A DNA stretch of 64,000 nucleotides, from IMG/VR virus record IMGVR_UViG_3300020171_000019, positions 1-64,000 of that record, one strand, 5' to 3'. Origin of the DNA: a virus. Both the position numbers and the translations under genes were made by a program. Below are positions 35,150 to 45,642 of this stretch, in pieces; position 1 is the stretch's first letter; every line of letters starts with the position of its first letter. Under the pieces are notes generated by a model that was not told the DNA's origin, did no database searches, and was given only the letters and a program-made list of their open reading frames with translations.

Positions 35150-35412
35150 TACCGATCATTGTATGGATCGCAACCCAGATCTTGAAGGTGGCTGTGCCGG
35201 CGCTTGAACGGACAGGACTTGGCAAGAGCGTTCTTCCAATTATAGCGGTTGCGGTGGGAGTAGTAGCGGGCGCAGTGGTTGACCAGCAGATCCTTGACGT
35301 GGCATTCCCGTCATTGATGCAAGGATTGACCAATGCTGGCTACGGGTTGATGGCTACGGGCATTCACGAAGTCGGGACTTCGGTTGGCAAGATGTTTGGG
35401 AAGCGAGTATGA
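35131..35412 (+). CDS. Holin-like membrane protein
   Basis: Two to three hydrophobic segments, LPIIAVAVG...GLMATGIHE, basic C-terminus. Confidence 0.7.
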   Translation: MDWQQVIPIIVWIATQILKVAVPALERTGLGKSVLPIIAVAVGVVAGAVVDQQILDVAFPSLMQGLTNAGYGLMATGIHEVGTSVGKMFGKRV

Positions 35413-35425
35413 GGGAGGTGCGCTG

Positions 35426-35755
35426 ATGCCAGAAGAAGTTGAAGAATACCAGGAGCAACAGAACGAGGAGAGGTATGTGACCTGGAAGGGGTTTATAGTC
35501 GCAATAGTGCCCTTGCTTGTGATTCTCATGGGGGCACAGATGTGGATAGTGAGAGTCCATGCGGAGCTTCCTTACCACGTTGGAGTAATAGCAATTGCAT
35601 ACGAGAAATCCAAGGGTGAAGTTCTGGAAGCTCGGCTGTCCAGGATGGAGGTTGATGTTAAGGAGATAAAAACCCAGATCGAACAGAACAATCAGGAGAT
35701 CCAAGATCTGATTAAGGATCTGGGTAGAGAACTGCGACAAGGACGCAGACTATGA
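35426..35755 (+). CDS. Single-TM coiled-coil protein, possibly lysis-associated
   Basis: One TM helix followed by a heptad-rich C-terminus. Confidence 0.55.
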   Translation: MPEEVEEYQEQQNEERYVTWKGFIVAIVPLLVILMGAQMWIVRVHAELPYHVGVIAIAYEKSKGEVLEARLSRMEVDVKEIKTQIEQNNQEIQDLIKDLGRELRQGRRL

Positions 35756-36060
35756 CCGTAGAGAGTATAGGCGCAGGCATAGCAGGTGTTGGTGTCTTGG
35801 GTGGAGTGTTGCGGATTCTGTCGGTTGCATGGCGATGGCGACGGGCCTTGGGTGCAATAGCCATGCTGATTGAAGAATATAAGGCCGCAAAAGCCCCTGA
35901 CAGTGATGGCGGCTCAAAGATTACGGGTTTTGAATCAGAATACTTGATCCAGAGAATCACCGAGATTGTGACTGAGGGAATAAGGGCTAAGACTCCACCT
36001 CCCCAGGATGTAGTTGAGAACAGTCCTATCCCTCTTGAGTCCGACAAGGAGACCCAGTAA
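35752..36060 (+). CDS. Membrane protein, possibly lysis-associated
   Basis: N-terminal hydrophobic helix; coupled to both neighbours. Confidence 0.5.
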   Translation: MTVESIGAGIAGVGVLGGVLRILSVAWRWRRALGAIAMLIEEYKAAKAPDSDGGSKITGFESEYLIQRITEIVTEGIRAKTPPPQDVVENSPIPLESDKETQ

Positions 36061-36821
36061 TGTCCTTGGCTCTGATGTGCACGGAAAGAGATGTCATAGA
36101 CCGGATACCACAGTTGTATGAGTCCGGGGCGTCGAATGAATATCCCGTGCGCGGTCTTGCGCAGATTCGGCGCACGATCTATCAGACAGACGGTCAACTC
36201 AGGTCGATGCTTCGGGTGTTGTATGGTGACAGCCTGACTATCACATCCTGGGCGGATGTGCCAGAGCCAAAGGATGTCAATACGGGGGGTGGTGGACTGA
36301 CCCAGGCAACCGCAAGTGCAGCGGCTATCACGGAATTGTGGACGGTGACATATACATCGACAAGCGCATTTAGTGTGGCAGGGGCGCTGTCTGGGGCACA
36401 AGGAACCGGCACAAAGAGCACGGCATTTACCTCGACAAATGGTTATCTGTCTATTGCTGCGGCGGATTGGTCAGGAACGCCAGCGAACGCAGATATTTTC
36501 TTCATTCGAGTTTTTGCAGTAGAGTCAACGCTTGTCGATATTTCGGCATGTCTGGCGTCGATCAGCATTCTGAGGTCTGTATATGGTTCAGAGATACCGA
36601 ACAGTTCAGACCTGGCCGAGCAATATGAGGCATATCTTTGGGGAGCAGAGAAGAAGCCCGGCATTCTCAGGCTCCTTCTTGATCCTACGACCAGTGGCAC
36701 GATACTACAGAAGGGCTTATCAGTCCGGAACCTCGATCCTATCCAGGTGGACTGGGAGATCAGCGAGGAAGGGGAAGATGTGACGGACTACGCAACCAAG
36801 GAATGGGACGCCGTTGAGTAG
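36060..36821 (+). CDS. Head-tail adaptor-like protein with Thr/Ser-rich beta insertion
   Basis: MCTERDV...L.SML..LY and ISACLA...Y helical frame split by a beta-rich insert; first neck gene. Confidence 0.55.
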   Translation: MSLALMCTERDVIDRIPQLYESGASNEYPVRGLAQIRRTIYQTDGQLRSMLRVLYGDSLTITSWADVPEPKDVNTGGGGLTQATASAAAITELWTVTYTSTSAFSVAGALSGAQGTGTKSTAFTSTNGYLSIAAADWSGTPANADIFFIRVFAVESTLVDISACLASISILRSVYGSEIPNSSDLAEQYEAYLWGAEKKPGILRLLLDPTTSGTILQKGLSVRNLDPIQVDWEISEEGEDVTDYATKEWDAVE

Positions 36822-37281
36822 CACAATTACGATGAAATGCGACACCAAAGAGGTGCAGACTGCGCTTGCTGAATTGTTCAGGAAGCAAGCCACTCTCAAG
36901 CCGTTCTTTGAAATGATATGGCCTATTCTTCACAGGTCGATAATGGCGAATTTCCGAGCAGGCGGTAGGCCGAATAGATGGCCGTATTTGTCTGATGCAA
37001 CTATCAATGCAAGGAAGAAGCGAAAGACATGGCGGGAAGGCGTTGGGAGTGACCAGCCGATACTGCAGGAGTATGGGAAGCTGCGGGAGTCCGTAGGTTC
37101 TGTTCTGTCCATAACAGACACACGACTTGAGTATGGCACCAATGATGTGCGTGCGGGGGCGCTGCAATTTGGATGGAAGAAGAAACACCTGCCTGCGCGA
37201 CCGTTCATCATGTTCCAAGACGAAGACATCGACCGAGTTGCCGCAATGGCAGCAGGCTTTGCTTTCGGGATCAAAAAATAA
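36814..37281 (+). CDS. Virion morphogenesis protein (Mu gpG / P2 gpS-like)
   Basis: NF..GGRP.RW..LS..T, IL..YGKL..S, YGTN...G.LQFG, LPARPF. Confidence 0.85.
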   Translation: MSSTITMKCDTKEVQTALAELFRKQATLKPFFEMIWPILHRSIMANFRAGGRPNRWPYLSDATINARKKRKTWREGVGSDQPILQEYGKLRESVGSVLSITDTRLEYGTNDVRAGALQFGWKKKHLPARPFIMFQDEDIDRVAAMAAGFAFGIKK

Positions 37282-37417
37282 TCTCCTCTGATTCGAGTTC
37301 TGGGTGAGGTTCTGGCCTGACCCCTCGATAGTAGTGCTTCTCATACCGGTTCATGGCCGGTGTCCCCAAACCCTCACAATCTGTGCGGAAACACATAAAT
37401 TGGCCTATTCAACCAAC

Positions 37418-38326
37418 ATGAAAACGCTGTTGACGGCGATAAAAACCCGTTTGCAAACATACAGCCAAACCGGAGAAACATTGGCCTCTATCAAAACATG
37501 GAAGCGTGGCATACTCCCACCATTGCCTGTGTTCCCGGCCCTTGTGCTACTGCCGGTGCAGGAACTCTTTCACAGGGTGATGTCTGGAGGCACATACTGG
37601 GTGGATCGGATTGTGGAGATCAGGGTGTACCAGAAGTCATACCAGGCAACCAAACACTCCGTGGCCGATGCGATGGACTTGATGAATGCGCTAAAGGACA
37701 TCATTCGGACAGAATACCAATGGGTGCATGGTAGTGTTGAACAATGCGCAGATACGCTGTTTGGAGATGAGGACATAGGCGACTGGGAGCCATTCAGGAA
37801 TGCCTTTGTGCAGCGGAGCTCGATGAGAATTACATGTCGGTCACAGGAGGCATATCCGACCCAGACGGTCACAACGACCTTATCGGATGTAGCATTCAGG
37901 CCGTTCATTGACAACGTGTATGCGACCCTGCAGGGATACCAGGCCACAACATTGTCGGCAGTCAAGACGATGGAGGAGCATACAATTGTGCCGATTCCTG
38001 CAACACGGTTTCCAGCGATTGCGGTAAACGGCGAGACTGAACAGCTTGTGCATGAACCGACATCCGTGGACACGGCCAACAGAAACATGACCATCCGGGT
38101 ATGGACGCACTTGCTGGACAAAGAAAGCCTGCTCGATGCGAATCTTGACATCGTAGAAGCGGTGAAGGATATTCTCCAGATCAACTACGCATTTGGGGGA
38201 CGGTGCCGCAATTCGGAGATCCAGGGAATTCGATATGGGCAAGCGGGGGAGGAAAAGCAGATGTTGTATGAATCCGTCCTAAGCCTGTCGTGCGAGGGAG
38301 TTGACGTTTTACCAGCGGTTGTCTGA
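37418..38326 (+). CDS. Tail terminator-like protein made of two tandem copies of one domain
   Basis: Halves align at FPAL/FPAI, R.VEIRVY/RNMTIRVW and ALKDII/AVKDIL; position before the tube gene. Confidence 0.6.
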   Translation: MKTLLTAIKTRLQTYSQTGETLASIKTWKRGILPPLPVFPALVLLPVQELFHRVMSGGTYWVDRIVEIRVYQKSYQATKHSVADAMDLMNALKDIIRTEYQWVHGSVEQCADTLFGDEDIGDWEPFRNAFVQRSSMRITCRSQEAYPTQTVTTTLSDVAFRPFIDNVYATLQGYQATTLSAVKTMEEHTIVPIPATRFPAIAVNGETEQLVHEPTSVDTANRNMTIRVWTHLLDKESLLDANLDIVEAVKDILQINYAFGGRCRNSEIQGIRYGQAGEEKQMLYESVLSLSCEGVDVLPAVV

Positions 38327-38350
38327 GTCACAACCACAAAGGAGGTTGAA

Positions 38351-39385
38351 ATGGCACTACGCACACCTTGGCAGGACAGATACTTCCTGTCAGAACAAAA
38401 GACCAGCATCTCGACGGCTGCCGGCTTTACGACTGGCAACATCGGGATACTGAGCAACGTCTTTGCACTGGCAACGAACAACCACCCACACATCAATCCA
38501 GGGCAGCAGATTGAAGACGTGCGGAAGGCAACAGGAATAGCGCAGCGGTCGCTTCTATCGGCATCATCGGCGGGAGAGTATCAGCAGACACGGAAGGAAC
38601 CGACCGTATCTCTGGAGTTCGACGCCAATGCTTTCAACTTGGCACCGGTGTTATGGTCGCTGTTTCAGACCGGAGCATCGGAAGGAGCATCGACTGTATA
38701 TCCCAAGACGTTCATTGCCTACACCGATCCGTCGTGTGAAGTGTGGCTGTCTATCCTTCGACAGATGACACCTGGGACTGCAGATTCGCACAGACTGGAC
38801 GGAGCGATCTGTAAGACATTGACCCTGGAAGGCAAGGGGCAGGGGGCGCTCAAGGCAACTGCGGAATTCGTCGGATATGATGTGTTGACAAATGTAACCT
38901 GCACAGCGTCAACCGACCCGCTTCTCACATGGGCAAACAAGGCTCCTCTTCTGTGGCGTAATGCAGGAATGTCCCTCGGAACGTATGTCGCCAACACTCC
39001 TATCGGAATTGACGGCTTCCGTGTTGTCATTTCCAACAACGCTACTGGCGTCTACTACGATGACCACAGACCCCAGAAATGGGTACTCGGTGACCTGACT
39101 ATCACGGGTGAAATCGCTGTGCCGTGGGCTTCCACGACTGTCGGCGGGAATACCGAGTTTGACAAATTCGTGGCTGGCACTCCTTCACGGCTTCGTGTTA
39201 TGTGGGGTAGTTACGCTGGCACCGCAGATGCGGAACTGGCAATTGAAGTCAACATGCGCTACACAGGCGCAACGGTCGAGGGTGACGTGGAAACAGTCAC
39301 TACGCTCCCGTTCGAGCACGCCTACGACGGCACAACTTCAATCACGATAGTGGCAGGTGACTCAACCCTACGGACAATCACATAG
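38351..39385 (+). CDS. Major tail tube protein
   Basis: 344 aa, beta-rich, upstream of chaperones and tape measure; SD AAGGAGG. Confidence 0.75.
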   Translation: MALRTPWQDRYFLSEQKTSISTAAGFTTGNIGILSNVFALATNNHPHINPGQQIEDVRKATGIAQRSLLSASSAGEYQQTRKEPTVSLEFDANAFNLAPVLWSLFQTGASEGASTVYPKTFIAYTDPSCEVWLSILRQMTPGTADSHRLDGAICKTLTLEGKGQGALKATAEFVGYDVLTNVTCTASTDPLLTWANKAPLLWRNAGMSLGTYVANTPIGIDGFRVVISNNATGVYYDDHRPQKWVLGDLTITGEIAVPWASTTVGGNTEFDKFVAGTPSRLRVMWGSYAGTADAELAIEVNMRYTGATVEGDVETVTTLPFEHAYDGTTSITIVAGDSTLRTIT

Positions 39386-39397
39386 GAGAAGTTTCAC

Positions 39398-39865
39398 ATG
39401 CGTGGCATATCGAAGAAGGCGATTCCGTATGTTCCGGAGCGTGATCGCGAAGCACCGGAAGGCGAACAGACAACATTCTGGGTGCGGCCAAGGAAGGGCG
39501 ATGAGGGGGCCAAAATCGTATCCCTCTATACCGGCGCAGAGAGGGCTAACCCAGGGGCCTACCGGCAAATCTCAGAAGCCAAGTGGAAAGCTGCAGATGT
39601 AACCGTTTGGCTCGACACGGTGGAGAAGATAGACAACTTCGCATTCTCAGAGGACTTCCCGGAGCTTCAGGCACAGGGTTTTATTGAGGAGATTTCTGAC
39701 CCGGAACTCCTCAAGAAGGTGATGCGCGACATCCCACTTGAGGACTACAACGAAGTAATCAACTTCGCGGCCAAGATTTCGACCTTGACGGAGACGGAAA
39801 AAAACGTCTCAGCCTCCTTGCCTATTTCTTCACGTGGGTCGGCGAGGAGCAAGATCGACAAGTAA
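39398..39865 (+). CDS. Tail assembly chaperone (lambda gpG analogue)
   Basis: Position; ends shortly after a slippery site. Confidence 0.78.
   Translation: MRGISKKAIPYVPERDREAPEGEQTTFWVRPRKGDEGAKIVSLYTGAERANPGAYRQISEAKWKAADVTVWLDTVEKIDNFAFSEDFPELQAQGFIEEISDPELLKKVMRDIPLEDYNEVINFAAKISTLTETEKNVSASLPISSRGSARSKIDK
39799..39805 (+). promoter_or_regulatory. Programmed -1 ribosomal frameshift site A AAA AAC
   Basis: In-frame X XXY YYZ heptamer; the -1 frame is open to 40320. Confidence 0.85.
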
Positions 39866-40320
39866 CCTACACGTGTGGTTTCTGCAAGCGAAGAGGATTT
39901 CAAGAAGAACGGGCCTGTTATCTGGAGGAAGCATCCTACGCAATCCCGTTACCCGTTCTGGCAGAAGATGGCGATAGACCGAGATTGACAACCGAAGTAG
40001 CGTCGGTAGAGATGGATGCTGACGCTGCGGTCGATGCACTGGCAAGACTTCACGAGAGGATACCACAATGGACAATGGGCATGGTGTGGTTGCAATGGCT
40101 TCCTGCACTGTGTCCATTGTCATTGTCAACCGATCAGGACGTTTTTCTCCTGGCGCGGGAAACAGAGATGCGAGAATATCATCTTCCCTACTATGCCGGG
40201 GGGCTTGCGGATCAACCACAGAAGGTGCTGGAGGGCTTCGCGGCAATCAGAGACGGCAGAGGACAAAGGGAAATGGATCGAATAGAGGAGCAACGGATCA
40301 AAATGAGTTCAAAGGATTGA
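39805..40320 (+). CDS. Frameshift extension of the tail chaperone (gpGT analogue)
   Basis: -1 frame RLSLLAYFFTW...C..C...C...CP...LPYYAGGLADQP, with no SD/ATG of its own. Confidence 0.78.
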   Translation, partial: RLSLLAYFFTWVGEEQDRQVTYTCGFCKRRGFQEERACYLEEASYAIPLPVLAEDGDRPRLTTEVASVEMDADAAVDALARLHERIPQWTMGMVWLQWLPALCPLSLSTDQDVFLLARETEMREYHLPYYAGGLADQPQKVLEGFAAIRDGRGQREMDRIEEQRIKMSSKD

Positions 40321-40330
40321 GGAGGACAAA

Positions 40331-43300
40331 ATGCCTCCAGGACTAAGCAGACGGCTTTCTCTCATAGTTGATATGTCGAGCAAGGCGGCACTGACCGGCC
40401 TGAAGCAACTGCAGTCTGCCATAAATGCTGTGAGTGCTACGGCAGGTCGTGTAGGAACAGGCGCAGCGACGGGGTTCTCTGCACTGCAGAAAGGCGCAAG
40501 CGCAGCAACGGGAGCAATGCAACGACTTGGGGAGGGGATACGTTCGTCTTGGATGATTGCGAGTATTGCTATCTCTGCAGTATCGGCGGCCATTGGACTG
40601 TTTATCAACAAGACCGCAGCAGCCTATCAACAGATGCAGTCTGCGACGATTGGACTCAGGACGATTGCGAAGAGCTACGGCTATTCCGGTGACGAAGCTG
40701 AGGCAGCGGCGCGACAGCTTGAGAAGTCAACCAACGGCTTCCTGGATATGGGGAGCGCAGCACAGGCGCTCAAAAACCTTCTCGGTGCCGGACTTGATCT
40801 ACCAAGAGCAACTGAACAAATCAAGGCCATGACAGAACAGGCTATTTTCAACAGGCAGACACATTATGGACTGGCCGAGGCAGTAATCGTAGCGACTGAA
40901 GGCATCAAGAACGAGATGTCAATTGCAGCAGATGCTACCGGTACAACCAAGAACCTGGCTCTAATGTGGAGGGACTACGCGAAAGCTCGTGGTCTGAATG
41001 TGATGGAACTCACGAAACTACAGAAAGCCGAAGCAGCATATATCGGATTCATGGAAGAAGGAACGCGATCGGCTGGAGACTTCTCGAAGGCATTGGGCAC
41101 TGCACAAGGATTTGAGGTGATGCTCGGTTTTGCTGTCAGAAAGACGAGTCAGGCTATCGGAGAGTTTTCCGCTCAACTGAAATGGGGCGTGGCGAATGCC
41201 CTGACCCCTTATATCACTCAAGTCAGGACGTGGATTGAAGCGCACAAAGAGGCGATAAGAGCAAAAGTTGCCGAGTGGGTGAGATCCATTACCGCTGCCA
41301 TAGCACAGGCCATTGAGACGGGCATCAAGTATGGCAGTATGCTTATCGATTGGATAATGAAGAATCGGGACTTCATTCTGGAGGTTGGGAAGGCCGCTGC
41401 GATAATCGGAGCACTGGCTGTGGCGATGTCTTATCTGAAGAGTCCGATACTCGTGTCTATCGCAGCGCTATTGGTGCTCATGGCGCAATCCGAGGTGCTG
41501 CGCGGAGTGCTGATGGAGTTGGCAAAGTTTGTCAATGACCACAAGGGGGTTTTGTTGACGATGCTCGGCATGTTCGTGGCGACACAGATCGTAACGAGCA
41601 TCACTATGGTCACAGGGATGGTTGGCAAGTTGCAGTTTGCACTGTTGGCTCTTGCGACCAGCCCCGCAGTTCCCATGTTCGTAACATCCCTGGTTCAAGG
41701 GTTTGCCGCCATAATGGTTGCAGCGGGGCCGTGGTTGCTCTTGGTTGGAGCGTTGACGGCGGCGGGGGTAGCACTTTACAGGATGTGGGACGAATCAAAC
41801 AAGCGAATGAAAGAAGCTGCAAAAACAACAGCAAACATGAAAACGCCGATAGAGAACGACATGACTGCGTTGATGGATATGTCGCGCGAACTACAGAAGC
41901 TTCCCAAGGAGCAATCCATCAAGATAAAGACAATGGGGATGACGGAAACACAGACAACAGTGCGTGACTACATGAAAGTGCTTGAGGAAATACCGCGAGA
42001 CAAGAGGATCAAGCTCAACATCACCGGCAAGAGCGAGATAGAGGCTTCGGTAGACGAGCATATCCGGCAACTCGAACGGCTACCCAAAGAGCAACTCATC
42101 AAGATAACGACATATGGCGAAAAGGAAGCAACTACGACAGCCGGAGCACACCTGCAGACTGTGCTTGGCGCAGCCGCTGCGACCCAGAAGGCCATGCGTA
42201 AACCAGAGGGACAGCGGACGCCGGAGGAGCGCGAGCAGATTGGATTGTTTTCTGCAAAGAAGTATGGGTTCTCCTTGACCGATTTGCCAGTTGCACGAAA
42301 GACACCTACATCTGCCACAAAAGCAACTGATGAGCAAATGCAGGCCATGAAGAAACTCAGAAATCTCCAAGCTGAGATCAACATGGAGGCCATGTCGGGT
42401 TATGCTAAGGAAGTTGAGGCAATCAGACAAAAACGCGAGGCCAGCATTGCAGAGCAAGGCGAACTACAGAAGAAGGCCGGTGTTGCAGTGACGTTGATTG
42501 CCAATACTACTCTCGCTGAAAAGGAAGCGGCTACAGCACGACAGAAACTTGACCAAGAGACATTGAGTAAAGTCAGGGAGACCATGGGTGAAATTATGGC
42601 CCTTGGAATGACGAATACTCAGGTTGAATTGGCAAACATCGATGCGGTCAAGCAGGCCAGGATTAAGGCACTCGTTGAGACTCGAAATATGCTCCGAGCA
42701 ATGGCCGAAGCACCCGGGGCAGGGCCAGAGGCAAAACAACGGCTCGCTGAGTTTGAGAGAAAAATCCCACAGAGCTTGGCAGGAGTTGAAACGGTTGCTG
42801 CAACGTCAAAAGTAGATGTAGTCAAGAAAGGCAAGGAAGAAGATAAACAAAAACTGGTGGATGCACAGAAAGCAATGATGGACGAGATGACTACTGCTGC
42901 TATAGCGGCCTATAATCGCGGTGATATTGCGGATGCATTATCCACTGGAAAAAAGATTGAGAATATGCAACGAGTGGCTAACTCAAAACAAGAACTTATC
43001 ACTGCTATGATGGCCGGGGAATCTGCTCTTACTGAGTATCTCCTGAATGAATGGGGCCGACAATCTGAAGCCCATCAGACGATGCTTGATGTTACCAAGA
43101 ATTCTTTTATGGCCGTGGCGCTAGTAATGGAGCGTGTCGGTCAGGCAATGTTTGATAAGGACGTAAGGCGACAACTTACAGCCGTAAATGTAGCCAAGAT
43201 GGCAGGACGGGCTGTATTGGCTGAATTTGCTGATATGATCAAGGCCAAGCTGGAATTGCGTATGAAAGAATATGTATTGGAGGCAACAGCAGCAGCAATT

Positions 43301-43690
43301 TCTCTTAATTTCGTGCAGGCAGCCAAGTATGCAGCATTGGCGGCACTTACGGGATTGGCCGCTGGTGTTGCGGGTGGATATGCAGAACGGCAACGCAGCT
43401 TGATAGACAAGCAACTGAGTGTCCCAACAGGACAGACACAAGGAGGAGGGAGTGGTGGTGGTGAAGGTATTTATGGAGGATCACGCGCCGAAACTACGTC
43501 CTTTGCCGCTGTGTCCGTCCAGAAGGAACCGAACATCACGATTGCGCCATCCGTGACAATAGAAGCCGGTCACGATGTTTTCATAGGCGAGGGCAGCGTT
43601 GAGGAATTCAAGGTTTCACTGGAGCGCGTGATGGTGCAGTCCATCAAGGACGCGATGAGCACCGGACAAATCAAGGTAGGGAGAGGATGA
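40331..43690 (+). CDS. Tape measure protein
   Basis: 1119 aa, Ala-rich and helical with hydrophobic segments; follows the chaperone pair. Confidence 0.9.
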   Translation: MPPGLSRRLSLIVDMSSKAALTGLKQLQSAINAVSATAGRVGTGAATGFSALQKGASAATGAMQRLGEGIRSSWMIASIAISAVSAAIGLFINKTAAAYQQMQSATIGLRTIAKSYGYSGDEAEAAARQLEKSTNGFLDMGSAAQALKNLLGAGLDLPRATEQIKAMTEQAIFNRQTHYGLAEAVIVATEGIKNEMSIAADATGTTKNLALMWRDYAKARGLNVMELTKLQKAEAAYIGFMEEGTRSAGDFSKALGTAQGFEVMLGFAVRKTSQAIGEFSAQLKWGVANALTPYITQVRTWIEAHKEAIRAKVAEWVRSITAAIAQAIETGIKYGSMLIDWIMKNRDFILEVGKAAAIIGALAVAMSYLKSPILVSIAALLVLMAQSEVLRGVLMELAKFVNDHKGVLLTMLGMFVATQIVTSITMVTGMVGKLQFALLALATSPAVPMFVTSLVQGFAAIMVAAGPWLLLVGALTAAGVALYRMWDESNKRMKEAAKTTANMKTPIENDMTALMDMSRELQKLPKEQSIKIKTMGMTETQTTVRDYMKVLEEIPRDKRIKLNITGKSEIEASVDEHIRQLERLPKEQLIKITTYGEKEATTTAGAHLQTVLGAAAATQKAMRKPEGQRTPEEREQIGLFSAKKYGFSLTDLPVARKTPTSATKATDEQMQAMKKLRNLQAEINMEAMSGYAKEVEAIRQKREASIAEQGELQKKAGVAVTLIANTTLAEKEAATARQKLDQETLSKVRETMGEIMALGMTNTQVELANIDAVKQARIKALVETRNMLRAMAEAPGAGPEAKQRLAEFERKIPQSLAGVETVAATSKVDVVKKGKEEDKQKLVDAQKAMMDEMTTAAIAAYNRGDIADALSTGKKIENMQRVANSKQELITAMMAGESALTEYLLNEWGRQSEAHQTMLDVTKNSFMAVALVMERVGQAMFDKDVRRQLTAVNVAKMAGRAVLAEFADMIKAKLELRMKEYVLEATAAAISLNFVQAAKYAALAALTGLAAGVAGGYAERQRSLIDKQLSVPTGQTQGGGSGGGEGIYGGSRAETTSFAAVSVQKEPNITIAPSVTIEAGHDVFIGEGSVEEFKVSLERVMVQSIKDAMSTGQIKVGRG

Positions 43691-44289
43691 TGACCTGGGA
43701 TGAGGCGCAACCCTTGATCAATAGCATCGACGGCTTTCTGGGGGCACAAGAAGGGGAGTGGCTTTTTCGGCAGGTTCAGGCAATACCTGATAGTGCAGTT
43801 GTCGTGGAGATAGGAAGTCTGCGAGGGCGGTCAACGGCCTGCTTGGCTCTTGGGTGCAAAGGGACGCAAAAGAGAGTGATTGCCATTGATCCGTTTGTTG
43901 ACTGCCGGTATGACCTGGCAGGGGCGCAGTCCTACTTCGATGTCTGGCGTGGCAACATGGAGCGCATTGGGGTGATTGACCGGATTGAGTCTTTGGTTAT
44001 GGATAGTCGGCAAGCAGGCGCATTGTGGGGGCAGCGGCAAACACCAATACACTTACTTTTTGTCGATGGTTCGCATTTGAGGGATGACGTTATTGCTGAT
44101 TTCGAGGACTTCTTTCCTTGGGTTGTGGAGGGTGGGGTAGTTGCATTTCACGACATACTTAACAATTTTGTGGGGCCACAGGAAGCATGGGAAAGGTGCT
44201 CCGGACTGTTGATCAACGTCGGGATGTGTGATTCTATGATGTTCGGACAAAAACCGGCCACGAACTACGAGGGCAAGAATGGTCACTGA
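43687..44289 (+). CDS. Class I SAM methyltransferase (Methyltransf_24-like)
   Basis: VVEIGSLRGRST, AIDPF, LLFVDGSH, GGVVAFHD. Confidence 0.88.
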   Translation: MMTWDEAQPLINSIDGFLGAQEGEWLFRQVQAIPDSAVVVEIGSLRGRSTACLALGCKGTQKRVIAIDPFVDCRYDLAGAQSYFDVWRGNMERIGVIDRIESLVMDSRQAGALWGQRQTPIHLLFVDGSHLRDDVIADFEDFFPWVVEGGVVAFHDILNNFVGPQEAWERCSGLLINVGMCDSMMFGQKPATNYEGKNGH

Positions 44290-44830
44290 CAGGTCTCTGC
44301 ATCGACACACCGTGGCGGATGGTTTTCTGAGACGTCATTTGCCACATGGTTCAGGAGTAGTGATTGATGTTGGAGCGAGCGAAAACCACGAATACGAAGA
44401 CAACTACCGGGCGACCTTTAAGTCATTCGGCTATGAATACAAGCCGGGATACCTTGTTGAAGGCTGGGATCTGGCGCAGAGACAAGGCTGCAAATATACT
44501 GGCATTTTCTGTTCTCACGTGCTTGAACACATTCCGAACGATGAAATAGCGGCCAAATATCTTTGGTCGATGGCAGGGAGCTTCCTGGTGGTGGTTCTGC
44601 CGATAGCCGATGAGCACATTGAATACGGGGAAGCTCGACAAGAGGAATGGGGTCATGTGCGGCGATACTCAATAGAGAGAGTGTTGTCATTGTTTCCTGA
44701 CTTGCCAGATGCCTGTGAGGTTGAGGATGTGATTTCTTTCCTTCCATCAGGGGAGTCATGTCCGTTTGACAACTGGCAAATAGAGTGCCTGTGGGTCAAG
44801 GAGGAGGATAGATGTCATTCTCGGGACTGA
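44279..44830 (+). CDS. Class I SAM methyltransferase-like protein
   Basis: VIDVGAS, CSHVLEHIPND, GHVRRY. Confidence 0.75.
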   Translation: MVTDRSLHRHTVADGFLRRHLPHGSGVVIDVGASENHEYEDNYRATFKSFGYEYKPGYLVEGWDLAQRQGCKYTGIFCSHVLEHIPNDEIAAKYLWSMAGSFLVVVLPIADEHIEYGEARQEEWGHVRRYSIERVLSLFPDLPDACEVEDVISFLPSGESCPFDNWQIECLWVKEEDRCHSRD

Positions 44831-45642
44831 GCCCCAACGGAGTGCCCTATACCTGTGATAGCTGGCCGGAAGACAAAACCGGCGACTTCAACTGTGCTAT
44901 CCTTGACATTGACATCACGCACAGATGCAACCTGCGATGCGACGGGTGTATGCACTACTGCAATTATGGTATCGGCGGCGATCATCCATTCGGTGAAGGA
45001 GGCCAGTGGATGCGGAATTGGGCCGGGAAAGTGAAACCGGCGCGATTCACGATTGTCGGCGGGGAGCCATTATTGCATCCAGGGTTACATGACTACATGT
45101 TGCTTGGCGCAGAACTGTTCCCGGATTCAAGGCGTCGGGTATATACGAATGGATGGTTTCTACATGCCACACTCGGAAAGTGGCTACAGGAGACCGGATT
45201 CGATCTCTACATAAGCATGTATCCTGTGTCCAGTGACAAGGTTTTGCGGCGAGATGAGGGTATCCGGAGGTTTCTGTCCGAGGTGCCACAGGACGTATCA
45301 GTGCAAGCCGTGCAGATGAAAGATCACTGGAGAAGACCGCATCTTGGCTTCGGGTCAACACTACGACCGCACAACAGCGATCCTGTAGGGGCGTGGTCTT
45401 GGTGTACCGCACGACACGCAGTCCAGTTACACGACAATCGACTCTGGAAATGCTGCGTGTCTGCATATCTGCCGATGGCCTTGGGAAAACTCGGACTTAT
45501 GGAATGTCCGGAATGGCAACCCTTCCTGGATCAACACAGCCTTGGGACAGAAGCAACATACGACGACGTGGCAGTATTCGCATTGCGCGGCGCAGAGGCC
45601 ATTTGCGAGATGTGCCCGGACGATGGATGGGGTGAGGTATGA
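44812..45642 (+). CDS. Radical SAM protein
   Basis: ITHRCNLRCDGC (CxxxCxxC), GGEPLLHP, TNG, C-terminal Cys cluster. Confidence 0.9.
   Translation: MSFSGLSPNGVPYTCDSWPEDKTGDFNCAILDIDITHRCNLRCDGCMHYCNYGIGGDHPFGEGGQWMRNWAGKVKPARFTIVGGEPLLHPGLHDYMLLGAELFPDSRRRVYTNGWFLHATLGKWLQETGFDLYISMYPVSSDKVLRRDEGIRRFLSEVPQDVSVQAVQMKDHWRRPHLGFGSTLRPHNSDPVGAWSWCTARHAVQLHDNRLWKCCVSAYLPMALGKLGLMECPEWQPFLDQHSLGTEATYDDVAVFALRGAEAICEMCPDDGWGEV

Noticed and set aside
39799-39805. Tail chaperone frameshift as a novelty
   Set aside because: It is real but a well-known conserved feature of long-tailed phages, so it is listed as a feature only.
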